A DNA stretch of 64,000 nt from Raillietiella orientalis (GCA_036172245.1 JAYWIR010000004.1:3906001-3970000); one strand, 5' to 3'; counted from the first letter of the stretch, positions 50,696-63,120 are shown. Made by a program: numbers and translations. Notes: generated by a model not told the origin, from the letters alone.

Positions 50696-52689
50696 GCACC
50701 GATCAAGTTTCCCGAATGCAATTCAATACATTTCTAACAGAATCCAGGATTCCTGATGTTTTGGTTTCCTGCAAACAAATGTATCAGAATAGGAACTCTG
50801 CGAGTAGGTTTCAGCATTTCAGGAGAGCTTTGTCTTTCCACCTCCTCAGCTGGACATTGCCTTGAAACAAACCGAGCAGGTGCACCTGTACGGCGAACCA
50901 GTTGAGGATGACTTCTGATTGGCAAAGTTCCCACCTGCTGCATGGAGCTAGGTGGCACACTGAACAAAAGATAGGAAAAATTGCATTCCCGTCAAAGCAC
51001 ATTCTCTCAACAGAGAAATCTTTTGCGTGAAATGAGAGTATGCTTTTGCCAATTGCTCGCAGTCTTCCATTTCTGCACATTTATTCTGGCTCTCTTGCCT
51101 GCCCTACGATCGCCCCAATCCCTCTGCAATTGAATGGCTGTGCTGTGCTCACATCTCCCCCTCTTTCTGTGGGAAACACCGGGTCTCCACCCCATCAGCA
51201 ACTGCCAGCAACCCCTGACATTCTTCCAAAACAACTTGACATGCCACATGAGGCTTCTTGCAAACTTCATCAATCAAAATTCGTTCTGGACAACAGCAGG
51301 CACAAACAGACCCTCACTTTCAGCCACCATCGTGCGCTAACCCTTTTTCCATAAACGTCAACCGAATTTCGAGTCTTGCATGCAGTTGGTGCTAGGCAAC
51401 CCTCCCCTGTCACGTCTCAACAAGCTCCGCACGGAAGCTAACATGGGGGTAACACTCTGCAAGCCAAACAGAGTTTGTCGCATTCTTCCAGCTAAAACAT
51501 TTCTAGTTGAGTTGCAATCAGTCAAAATCACGTGCTCCAGGTCAACAAGAAAAACCCTAAGCACATTCGACCAAGCACAAGTTTGAAAGTTTGGGCCACG
51601 GTGAGCTTACAACTCTGCTTCAGTGCAAGAAGATAGAATGGCAACTGCTTTTCCTGAAGTTTGCAACCTCCTACACGTGCGAGCAGCATGCTGCAATGCT
51701 GATTTACCTTCAGCATCCCAAACAAGATCATGGAAAAACAACAAAGCACCTACATTGCAACCAATCCAAAAATTTACACCACACAGTACTTTGTGAGATT
51801 GCAAGCAGAACTCCGACCCGGTGACTCCGTGCTTACCTTACCAAACAACTTCACCTGAAGCAAGTTCTTATTCATCTGAAATTCCGAGAAATGATGCATT
51901 GCTGGAAGCAGTGCTTTGGCTTCATCCAACCAGTCTCCAAGCAATGCATCCAAACTTGAACCACTACTGGTCCACTTGTCCCTGTTGCTTGTCAGCACCA
52001 CCACCATGCACACCCACTGAAGCATTGCTGGGAATCATTCAAAAACCGATAGCTGTTGTCATCATCCTGCGGTGATGCAGCATGCATGCATTTCTCTTGC
52101 TACAAACGTGCATGCCGAAAATCCCCAGAGTACGATCCCCACCCATTACCCAAAAAGCAAATCATCACCTCTTTCTATCGCTTGCAAAATTGCCTCCATG
52201 AATTCCAAGCACAATCCACACTTCCAACCTCTCCGCAACCATTCTCTTTTCTTTTTCTCACTGACAAGCGAGAATGCTGCCAGCATTCACAAGATCCCAT
52301 CTTGCTCCAGCTACCTTTCCTCTTACCCATTTTGCAAAAACACATTCGGGTGACAGTGCAACCAGCCATCCCCAACCCAATCCAATTGCAACACCATGTG
52401 CCTCGTTTTCCACATGGCAATGAAAACCACTTCACAAGCGACAATGCAATCCCAATGTTGATGCAAACAGATTCCCTCTTGGCCCTTGGATGCAAACTAG
52501 CTGCTTGCTGGCTTCCCTCAAAGTCTGGAACATGCCCAAGACTCGAAAAAACCATGCACTTTGGCACCAGCAAGGCAGCAACCTCCTTCCTTCCCCTCTA
52601 TCTGGACGAACATACAAGCTGCATTCTGGGGAAATCCGTGCACTGGTCGCAGCGAATCACCATTTCCCCAACACTTCCCACCTTCAAGC

Positions 52690-53370
52690 TTATACGCTTC
52701 TGCGCACTTTCGATTCCTTCTTCTCACGAAGCGCCGCCAGTTGCTCTTCCACTCTTTTCTTATTCTCTTCCATGAACTTCCCGTATTCCACCGGGTCGTA
52801 CGAGTCCACCACTTCGATGCCCACGGATTTCGCAGTCCCCACGAGCAGCCTGCAAATCTCCTCTAAACTTTTCATTTCCAGGAAGTAGTCCTGCGACTTG
52901 ATTTTCGCAATCTCGTAGATGTGCTTTCTCGTCACTTTCCCAACCGTTTCTGAATTCGACGACAACCAAGCGATTAGCGCGCCTCCTCACCTACGCCATA
53001 CCATTCCCCATTCTTCCTCGGTTCACCCCGGCCGCCTGCATCAGCAAATACATCGACGGAGGGGAGGTGAAGGACATCTTGAAACTCCGATCGGGATTGA
53101 TCGTGATGAACGTGGGAACCGGAACTCCGGCCTTCACCTTTTCCGTCTTCTCGTTAAAATCTTTGCAAAATTGCGCAATGTTCACGCCACGCTGAAAGAT
53201 ACGACGTCCGCTTCTCCCGTTCTCTTCCCTACCTGCCCCAACATGGGTCCCAGAGGGGGGCCGGGGGAAGCCATTTGCGCAGGAATTAACGCCTCCAACG
53301 TATTCCCCACGTTTATTTTCGGCTTATTTCTCTTCGCGCTTTTCAAGCGCATAGCCAATTTGCTTGCCAT
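52690..53370 (-). CDS. MRPL11: Mitochondrial ribosomal protein L11 (uL11m), 195 aa; exons 53370-53233, 53191-53002, 52949-52690
   Basis: [29 protein letters not shown]...[12 protein letters not shown]...[16 protein letters not shown]...[15 protein letters not shown] introns of 41 and 52 nt with compatible phases. Confidence 0.97.
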
Positions 53371-54250
53371 CGCCAAACGCACACGCTTCTTCCGATTTTT
53401 CTCTTCCCAGCACGCACCTTCTGCAAAAAAAACGCACTTTCGATCGCACGAACCATCGCAACCGGAACCAACCACCCACCCCACGCACCTCGGCCGACTC
53501 CCCACCAGGGGAAACCCCTGCTCACCGCAACCGGCCATTCGCCTGCCTCCTGCCCAACCAAAACACGCACGCACCTCCAACACAACGCGACACCAGCGCA
53601 TCGCTTTCGCGCAACCACGGTCCAGCAACGTCCACGCGTGGGGGGCGGCAGCGTGGGCAGCCCACCCTAACCATACAAACCCACCACCACCCCAACCGCT
53701 CCACAACCACCACCATGCGCGCAGCGCGCCAACCGGCGCCCACCACCGACTCTCGCAGAAACGCAGCCAACGGCGGCGACTCGCTCTCGCGCATGCGCAC
53801 GCACCCCGCACGTGCGCCTGCAGCCCGGGAGGCGGCCGCGTTGCCGAGCAGCGGACCACGTGCGCGCCGCCCCGCGACAAACTCCGCTCGAAACACAGCC
53901 GACGCCAGCGCGCTGCCGCAGAACACTCTCCTGCTCACCGACCTGCCTCTGCTCGTTCCTGTCGCGCACTCCTCACCCAGGCGCGCATGCACCTGCAGCG
54001 CCGCTCCCGTCCCCGTGCTTTTGCGTTTCCATCCCAGCGCTGCGCACGCGACCGACCACCCTCGTCTTGAGGAGAGCGACCGGTATCCGTCCACCCGCTC
54101 CCCCGGAATGCTGCTCCTCCACGCTTACGCATCCCAGATCGCTCGCGTCTTCCTCAGCGGCCCGCTGTTGCTTTCGAACCGTCGCTCCTGAGACTCTGCC
54201 TCCGATGGGCACTCGAGGCAGCAGCAGCAGGCTGCGCATCCGCTCAGCTC
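53371..54250 (-). promoter_or_regulatory. CpG-island-like upstream region of MRPL11
   Basis: Very GC- and CpG-rich, C-skewed block immediately 5' of the MRPL11 start. Confidence 0.55.
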
Positions 54251-54299
54251 GCACTCCGAGCTGGTCACCAACCAGCTTGGTCATCCGCACCTGCTGGGG

Positions 54300-55300
54300 A
54301 AGGCATTTCTTGTAAAAAAATTAGAATCCGAATCGTAACATCAACAGAATCGTGGGTTCTACCACGCGCGAAGGGCTTGCCAGAAACCGGTACGCAGACC
54401 GGTGAGGTCCGCCCCAGTGGACCGAGAGAAACCCACACACACACATACGCAAAAAGAGAGAGGAAAAAAAAGGTGGGGTTCCTGGAGAGGGCAAGGAAGG
54501 GATCACTCTTCGGCTGGAGACGTCCTCTGCATCCTGTGCAGGATGCCAACATGTGCTGTTTTGACGTTTTCCAGGTGGGGCCATGCTGAGGCGGCCTTCG
54601 AAAAGATCCGCGCCCAGTGGATGGCATCCCTGCCATTTTGGCCTCTTCCTGCCGCGTTCCAGCATGCCGCGATTCCACGGACACAGAAGAAAACTGCTGA
54701 GGACGCGGCTGGCGGCAGATCGGTATACGCATGAGGAGACTGCCTCTGGCTTCTCCCCCCGGAGTTCCTAGGCTCGTCGAAAGACGATTCCGAAGGGGTC
54801 GACGGGCAGAGCAGTCTACCGATAAGTGCGGGAAGGTCTCCTTCTCGCCGCACTTTGCTCAATGGGCGTCGACAAGGACCTGCAGTTGCTCTTCCACTCT
54901 TTTCTTCCAAAAACTCTTCCCGTATTCAACCGGGTCGTACGAGTCCACCGCTTGGATGCCCACAGATTTCGCAGTCCCCACTTTGCTCAATGGGCGCGTT
55001 CCCCCTTGTCCATTGATGGAGGAGTGCTTTGCATGGGATTCCCCAATGCAACACTAGCAACGCCATTTCTTGCCACTTGGGGCCAGGTAGGCACCTTTCG
55101 AACACGTTGGTCGTCACTTCATCTCCTCCGGAGGAATCCGGAGCAGCTCGCACCAACTCCTTTCGGAGGCACACTCGGGTTTGCAGGACCCTCGAGCTGC
55201 CGAATCTTCTACGAACCCAAATGTTTCCACTGTTTGCCACTTCTTGGGACGTGAGTGCTGCATGATCAACGGGAGACGTGGGATGCTCTCCGTCGGTGTT
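54300..55300 (-). mobile_element. 3' portion of the L1/Tx1-like family element
   Basis: Zinc knuckle KCGEKETFPHLSVDC (~54812-54856). The C-terminus FCVRGIAACW...RDAIHWARIFSKAASAWPHL..GILHRMQRT is alignable with 24990-25170. T-rich UTR and hairpin at 54386-54403. Confidence 0.75.
54883..54981 (-). pseudogene. Duplicated fragment of MRPL11 exon 3
   Basis: Close copy of 52738-52842 with a few substitutions and a net 6-bp loss, flanked by the direct repeat CACTTTGCTCAATGGGCG. Confidence 0.95.
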
Positions 55301-55799
55301 TGCCTTTCCTCAGAGCGATGATGTGGGCCGTGAGAAGGGCTCCTCTACGGCGTGACGCTGTAGGGCATCGGGAAGGCGGCATCGGGTCTCCGTGCATCCG
55401 CAAGTGCCCCTCGTCGCCATACTGTGGTTGAGTGAATGGAGCGTTCGGATTCCTCAGGGGTTCATCCGATCCACCGCTGCCCTTCCAGAGGCTTGTCGGG
55501 CCGATGTCATGTTCAGCGTGTTTTCCTCATCAACTGGGACAGTCGTGTCAGAGTCTCGTCCCAGCATGCACGTTGATCCGCTCGTTCTTGAATAGTAGCC
55601 TTCTCGTATGAAATCACGGTAAGCATATCATTCTTTCTGGTTTTCCCCGTTGATCTAGGCTGAGGCTGCTCGCTTGAGGAGGCCCGGTTGGGTTGTCGTC
55701 CTAATGTCTCCTGAACGGTTTCCATAATTTTGGAAGACTCCTCCGTGAGGGTAATACGCACTGCAGCGTGCACGCTTCTTCACCCACTTTTCCCGGAAA

Positions 55800-58750
55800 G
55801 ATGAGACCCAACATTGGTCCTGCTTTCCGTCTCTGGTCCTGATTCCAGAATTTTATGCAAGATCCTGCGTTTTTGCTTTTGTTGTAGTCTCAAGAGAGTT
55901 GTTGTTTGGGGTATGCTCTCGTCCTCCCAATTTCTGGAGGTTGCCCAAACTTTCGCTGCTTTCGTCAAGGGATGTTGTCAAGAAAACCGCATCTCGATTC
56001 CCGTCTTCTCCACAAATACTTCCCACTACCTGTTCCGTTCCACCTGGGCAACTGTCCTCGAAGTCTGCATCCGAAGCAGAGGTACATCCCTCTTCCACCA
56101 TGCTTCTGCTCTCTCCGTTATCACACAGGAAATGCAAAGCCATATCTCTCTTTGGAATGCAGGTACCCCCGAAGGGTCTTACATTTATTGTATCCAATCG
56201 CTGGGAAGCCCAAACGTGGGTTGCGCACCTTCTTGGGAACCTCACGATCTCCACGTCCGGAATATCGTGTGCAGATTTCATGTATTTCTCGTTGCCCTTG
56301 GCTACTTGCGACTGCTCTTCGCGATCCACGCATCTGCACGTGAAGCTACCAGACTCGAGCAACCATGCTTCGGATGGAGAATGGATGCTGGAGAATCGGA
56401 ACCGAGTTCTGGAGCTCCTGCTTCTGCGTGAATTCTTCCCATCTTCAGTTGCAGCGTTCCCACGAGCTCCTCAGGCTTGCTGACCGCACCGCCGTCGGGA
56501 ACGGACGTCACGGAGGTCCTGATGTTGTTCTTGGTTCCCCATTCAAACTACCCCCACGTCTGACGACTTTCTGCACATTCCGTGCGAAAATCAACCTCAT
56601 CGACACCACATACTGCAGTCGCGGAACAAATCTTTGCCAACGCCTACCTAGCCGGAAGACGTGCTCGCTGCGTGTGGACAACTCCCACTCCGTTTCGATT
56701 CTTCGCAGCTGCACAGCCTGGAAGGAATCCTCTCGGAGGAGGTGAGATGGCACCAGAACACGTAAAAGCTAGCTGCTGCCTTCATCCCTGAGCCGCGGTG
56801 CTGCCTGTGAGAGAGGATCAACCGTTCGCAACCGGTACGCCGAGAAACCCTCGTGCGCTGTGACGAGGCTCACGAGAAACCCGTAAGTGAGTGGTCGACG
56901 TGCCAGATGACCTCGGATCGACCGCACTCGGTGCCCGCGAAAAAGGACCAATGAACTCTTTCCCCTCAGAAAGCGAAACACCCGCCCTTTGCTTGGAGCA
57001 GCTCCGAGCTTCCCTCCCGGTGGCAGCATGCGATTTTGCAGCCCGCGGCAAAGGGACTCTGCGTGTAATCAGCACCGACACAGGTTACAGAGAAAGGGGA
57101 AGGACGTCTACCGCAGCTGCGCTGGGTGCAGGGAAACGGAATTGCTCCCGCACTTGCTTCTGGACTGCAGTCCCCTGCCACCACATCGTCAATTCCGTGT
57201 TGCGTCTTCCATCAGAGTCGACGGCTGAAGGGCAGCCCACGAGGGATCGCTGCTCTGAGAGCTGGTGCGCCAGCGGCCTCCCGAGAGTTCGGTGGTTCCT
57301 GCCGTGCTCACCATCCGTACCAGCAAGCAGGAGGAGAGCCGCACTGCCCGAACGGAAGGGTCTGAGTGAACGCCAGGAGGGCACGGGATGAGCCAGAACG
57401 GCTGCATCTGTGGGGGCGCCACGATAAGGGAGCCTGCAAGCAGCCCCCCGTCCGATACATCCGTGATATGAGGGGCTGATGCAAAGAGCAGTCTGCAAGC
57501 CCGCGATCAGGGAGCGACTCGTGGAAGACTCGTCGAGTGTGATCTCTCCGCGGTGGCAAGGGGTTGCTCGGCAGGTCGGCGGGGGATGTCGATCAGCGCA
57601 CGCTTCGAGAGCCGAGCTTCCGCGCACGAAAGGAATCTGCTGACAAGGGCAATCGCGTCCCGTGCTCGTCTGACACCAACTAGAACTCTCAGCCGTTGCT
57701 TTCCGGAAGGAGCTGACTGCGGTCCGCACCTCGCCGCTCTCCTGGTTGCTAGTAGAGGTCAGTGTCCTCTCATCGCGCTGTCTGGAGTGCCACCGTGCGA
57801 AGGCGGGGGTTTGGGCATCCCCGTCTCGAAACGATCCGCAGTTTCCCGACCCACGGAGGTCGCGGGCGCTTCTCCTCCGCCATGCTCTCGCAGCCGGCAG
57901 ACTCAGGCGCGCCCCGCCTTCGTCACGGCAACGAGCCCAGGAGACGCGCCCCAAGGGATGCTTGAGCCGTAGGTGTGCCTTCTTGCCCAGAAAGGGCATC
58001 CTTCCGAGCTCTCAAGAGGACTCCATGCCGCCCATCCTCTGCGGGAACCGAGTGAGGGGCATCCCGGCGGCGTCACCGTACTTCCCCGCCCTCCAAGATT
58101 TCCCTCTTTGTGCCTCCCGGCTGAGCTTTGCTCCCAGGCAATCGGACGAGCGCTGCGCAGAGGTACCAGTGCTGAGCCTGGTCAACTTGGCTCACCTCCC
58201 GAGTGTGCTTCCAGGGGACGCCAAGGACTCAATGGCGCCGGTTCCTCCCCACCCATGTCCTCTTGGGCGATTCGGGCACTCCACTCGCGCTTGCCTGAGG
58301 AAGCGGAAGGAGGAGCCATAGGGGCGTACTGCGCTCCAATAGCCCAAGCTCCCCTTCCTTTGCGTTCTCCTCGGCTGTGGAAGACTCGCCCCCAAGGCAT
58401 GCAGGTGCGGGCGCCCCAGAAGCGGCTCTCATTTGCGAGGGCCTTCCGCTTGGGCTTCCAGGGTGGTGCCCGGGAGAGGCAAGAGCTTGGTTCCCCCTCG
58501 TCCCCCTCTTCCTCTCGTACCTGGCGGCGAAAGCTCCCGTGCCAGTAAACCGTATCGCCTCGCGTGGCCGTTGCCACGGCTACGTTGCACTCCCGGTCGA
58601 GGGCGGCAGTCGACAGTCCCTTGTGGATGGGGGTCCGCCTTTTCCCCAGAATCCCTGCCACTCTCGTTCTTGCTCATCCAGAAAAAACAAAAAGATCTTT
58701 CCTCTGAACAAGAAGAGCTCATCTCCATCGCACGCCGATGCTACCGAACG
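55800..58750 (+). mobile_element. Two or more decayed L1/Tx1-like RT/C-terminal fragments
   Basis: DFMYFSLPL (~56275, for FKYLGVPL), zinc knuckle CAGCRETELLPHLLLDC (~57118-57168) and PPCEGGGLGIP (~57789-57821). Confidence 0.65.
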
Positions 58751-59132
58751 CAAAAAAAAAATCTTGTGAGTGCAGAGACAAGGGGAGCACGTCGTCGAGG
58801 ACATCGACGGCGCCACCTGTCCTCAGGCGAACGAACTCGCTGCTGGGAAGTGTGCGTTTCCGAGGATCAGCGCGCCTCCTCCATGCGCCAAGCAGTAGGT
58901 TCGGATCTCCGGCGCAAGGGTCCCAGTCGGGGAAAAGGGGGTAGAGGGAGGGAGGGAGTCTCGACCTTGCCGCCAAAACTCGCTGCCAGCAAATAGCGCC
59001 AGAAACGACGTTCAGGCGTTCATTTGAGTGTTCCAGTTTCGCGCAGGAAGCCTCCCTCTAGGAGGAAGAGTCCTTCCTCCCGTACGCGGTCAAGAGACGT
59101 CAGCAGAGCCGTTTCGTGACCACTCGCTCCTC

Positions 59133-62100
59133 TCAAAGCCACGTCTGCGTCCTGATGAAGGAGAAAACGGGGGTCGACTTTCCGAATTCCTCGCCTTCCT
59201 CGATAGTCTCGGGCAGGTGCTCGTAGAGCGTTTCCGGGAGCAGGACGGACGTGATCCCTCCAATCAGCATGAGCACGCCGAACACGATCAGAGGGATGAC
59301 TGTGTTCTCCTCGCCCTGGAAATTTGGAATCCTCGCCCCCGGGACCCTCAGCATGATGGGACTCACCAAATGCACTATGTACGGGAAGATGATGAGGCCG
59401 AGACCGGAGACGAAAGACGAGACGCCCATCGCCTGGCTGCGGATCACCGTGGGGAGCAACTCCCCGGCAAAGATGTAAATCGTCGCGAATGATCCGGACA
59501 CGCAGAACTTTCCGATCAAAGCCAGCAGCACGACCACCCAGTGATTTTCTGGAACCACCACCACCACCACCACCACCTTAGCATCGCGCGGGCGCAGTAG
59601 CAGCGGGAGCGCGGCAAACCTGCGGGCACGCTCATACAGCAGATGCAGATGACACCGCCAAAAATCATGGACGAACAGAGAGTCCATTTCCGCCCATAGC
59701 GATTTATGGCGTACCAGAAGAGGAAGGAGGCGGGGATCTGGAAAGAGGTTCACCCGTTCACGAGGAAACGGAGGCGATCCGCCGGCGGATGGTCCGCGAC
59801 GTCCTCGGTGTCCCCGAAATCCACCACCGCGGCGGGAACACGCGATGCGTGGCATGGAAGGGGGAGGGAAGCGCCTCCAGCAAGCAAGAAGCGTTCGAGC
59901 AGCGGCGGTGCGGGACTGCTCTTTGAGACCGCTGTCGCGCACTCGTGGAGGGGCGACCGAAGGCAAAGGGAAAGCGACGTTGGCTGCCCTTTGCGCCGCC
60001 CAAGCCATCTGGCCCGCCAGATGGCTTGGGCGGCTGGCTGGCGGGACCACGGGTGTGTGCGCGGCATCGAGGGTTGCCCTCAGGTGACTCATCATTGCTG
60101 ATGGAGCTCCTGGAAAAAACCGATGCCGAAGAGAACCGAGAAGACGTGGAAGCCGACAGAGGTAGCAACGCCACCGCAGCGACATTCCCTCAGCACTGAC
60201 GTGGACGTCCTCGGTCCTTTCTTCGCACATGGATGTCGACACCCTACGATCCGCGAACCGCCCACCACTCCGCGCAGTCCAGAAACGGCGAAGGGAAACG
60301 GAAGAGCAGCTGCTCAGGAAGAAGTCGCTTTCCTCTTTTGTCTTCTGGCCCGAGGAGCGGCTCTGAGATCAAACGCACCTAGGAGCCGACAGACAGATTC
60401 TTTCGAATCCGTCCGAAGCAGAGCCCTGCCGAAAAGACGGTCTCGAAAGGCAAGAGCATCTCGTTCAAGTGCTCTCCTTCGGGATCGTCCACCTCTGTGA
60501 ACTCTGTCCTCGCACCATCGACCCGAGTATTCAGGTTTCTTCCTTCGGATTCCTTCCTTCCCAGAGCCTCCGAGAAGGACTTTTCTCAAGAGAGAGAGGT
60601 TCACTTCTAGGAGCCGATAGGACGTCCCGAAACGGCCGATCGCTTCAGGCTCAAGGAAAGCTACCGAGAACGGTCGTTGTCGAGTAGCTGTTGCGTGGAT
60701 AAAGCAGGAACCCTGGGCGTGGATGGCCACCCCAGTCAGCCTGGAGGAGCTCGTGCATGTGCGGAAGAATTGGCATCTCCAAGGGATCTTGCAAGGTCAT
60801 CGGCCAACGTCGCTTCTCGGGATCGAACCCGATGCTTCATTCCTCCAGCTATTTCCGCAGCGGGACCCGCGCCTCGATCTCTTCATCCCTTCTCTCCTCT
60901 TCGAACTCGGTCCCTTTGATATCGTTCACGGCGTACCAGAAGACGAAGCTTGTTTCGTCTGGGCGTCCGGCGGATGGTGCACCCGTGTGAAGAGATCCCG
61001 GGCCTCCACCCTTCCAGGTGATCCTTTCTCCCTTCGCTCGCCAATAGCGCCTCCATCGAGCATCCTCCGTGAGTGGCCCCGTGACCGGAGACGAATTGCA
61101 TCACTCGACAAGCAGCGCTCTGCCGCTGCGAAGGAGGGAAAGAGACCTTTCGAGAACGGGGATCGCGAGGGCTCAGGGCAAGCACGGAGCGCGATCGCTC
61201 GCCCGATCTCCGTCCGTTCCCCGTCCACTGCGACCTCCCGAAGTTCACAATGCAATTGAGGTTCGGACGTGCGGGGGAGAGGGGGGAAGGAGGTCGGATG
61301 CGAGGCAGAGCCCAGGCGGAGACGCATGTAAAGCGACGCGACTGCAAGCAGCAGAGAGCGAACCTCCGCGCGCGGGCGGACGGACCGGCCGGCGGAGACA
61401 TTGTTTTGTTTTCTCCCGGCATCGCGGCTCCCGCGTTCGCCGACCGTTGGCTCGCGCGCGCCCGGTGTGACAGCCGGGCTGACTGCGAGGGACGCGTTCT
61501 CCCGGTCTCCTGCTCGCTCGCGCTCCGACGGAGATGCCCGTCTCGAACTCGGGGAGGATTTACCTACCTCGATGGCGGCAACAATCGCGAAAGCAAGGAA
61601 GTCCGAAATTCCCAGATTCGTGATGTTGTAGATGAGCCCGTTGTACACTGTGGCGTTGGTTAACCAGTTGAACGTTATGATCAGAAAGTTCTTCCTCAAA
61701 TTGGGGCTGCGGAGCACTGCCATGAGAGTGGGCTTTGCATCCAAAGCGCGGTCGTTGCTTGCTTTCCCCTCCTAACCATCGACCGATCGCTATGGTTAGC
61801 TTCCCGCCCAGGGAAGATGAGACGACTCACCGTGCTGCCCTGCAAGGCTGGCTGCCCCTAGAAAGGGAACCTGCAATCAGAGAAGAGTCGCGCCAGACAG
61901 TGCACCCGACCCGTGTCGAAATCGAAGGCTCTGGAAGGCTGAAGATCCAGTTTCCCAACTGGAGTCGAACCGACCTCCGTGCGCACCGACCCCGTGAGCA
62001 GCTCCCGCCCCAAGAAGCGAAATTACCAGCAAAATGAGCGAAAAATCTCTTGGGAGCTCCTTTTTGTTGTATTTCGCTATCTGCTGGATGACGATCTCGG

Positions 62101-62729
62101 CTTCTCGAAGTTTACCCTCGTTTATCAACCACCTAGGAGATTCGGGAATGATCCAGTAGTAGCTGCAATTCACTCCGATCGTAACACTCCCAGCTTCGAC
62201 CTACGCTGCAACTCACCCTAGAAGAACGAAAAAGGGGGTGGAAGTCCAGAAAATCAAACGTGACCAGTCGTTCACGAAGTAAGCTATTAGAGGCAGGATG
62301 CACAGGGAGGTGGCGAACACCATGCATATCATCATGGAGGGATAAGCCCGTTTCTTAGGTCCCATGAACTCCAAGACTGAGCCCCGTCTTTCCATCAGTT
62401 GGTGCGAAAGCGGAAACTCACCGAGGATGAAGGGTATCTGAAAGACTGCTGGGAACGTCAGCCCCCCGATGAATCGTAGAACGGTGTACACGTCGTAATC
62501 CGGGCTGAAGGACGTGCATGTCGCTACAGAGTATTGCAAGATCATGGTCAACAAGAACGACCGCTTTCTACCCCATCTGCAAGACCGAATCGTTAGTCGC
62601 TGCCGAAGACACGTACAACTGACACCGATCGGAAATCCATCCGAAAAGAATGTTCCCCATCAGGCTGCCGACGAAGAACGCGATGGTAGCTGCGAGAGGC
62701 CGCCATGCGTCATCGCACACCAAATCCAT
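59133..62729 (-). CDS. SLC22/Orct-type organic cation transporter, 5'-partial; exons 62729-62626, 62576-62422, 62376-62217, 62162-62027, (61857-61831 candidate micro-exon), 61771-61568, 59737-59620, 59548-59367, 59315-59133
   Basis: DLVCD, GWISDRWGRK, LRFIGG, PESPRWL, VYNGL, RYGRK, IGKF, ELLPTVIRSQAMG, LLPET and LPETIEEGE. All introns are GT-AG with compatible phases. Upstream exons were not found in the window. Confidence 0.93.
60340..61000 (-). mobile_element. Possible decayed BEL/Pao LTR-retrotransposon pol fragment in the SLC22 intron
   Basis: FWYAVNDI..EEERRDEEIE...IGFDPEKRRWPMTL and ALLRTDSKESVCRL..FD resemble the Pao pre-RT/RT start. In-frame stops are present. Confidence 0.35.
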
Positions 62730-63064
62730 CTGAAAAAGTGCACACATACAAAGTGCTTGCTTTCAGGACCTGCGCGCATTCGGAAACGTAGTGCGTGAAC
62801 ACGCAGAGTGCCACTGGCTCTGGATCACGACTTCACGACTGTCCCGCGTGACGTAGGTGCAGAGACCGACACGCCTTCGGAATTGGTTCGGGAAGGTGGA
62901 GGTCATGTCGCGACAACCATCTGCCGCTCCTTCCATGTCTGATTGCGAAAGTTCGATCTTCGTCTGCGGCGACAGTCAAGGGAACTTCTGCTCCCTCCAG
63001 CAAGAAGTGCGCGTTTTGCTTCCGTCGAGCGCGAGCGGAACCTGAGCGGCGTCCCAGGAAGCAT

Positions 63065-63120
63065 GACTCATCCGCGCTTCCTTGACGACTGAGACGTCGT
63101 CAAGGAAGCGCGGCTGCGTC
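63065..63120. repeat. Perfect 18-bp inverted repeat (hairpin)
   Basis: CCGCGCTTCCTTGACGAC (63072-63089), a 6-nt loop, and its exact reverse complement (63096-63113). Confidence 0.95.

Noticed and set aside
50908..50965. Second SECIS candidate (ATGA...AAA...TGA)
   Set aside because: Helix II does not pair.
52991..52993. Premature stop in MRPL11
   Set aside because: The TAG lies within the 52-nt intron (53001-52950).
52919..54315. Long ORFs (383, 275, 232 aa)
   Set aside because: Antisense to MRPL11 or running through the GC-rich island; low complexity with no recognisable domain.
59133..60242. 369-aa ORF as a single CDS
   Set aside because: Only its distal part is SLC22 coding sequence; the rest is intron or off-frame exon.
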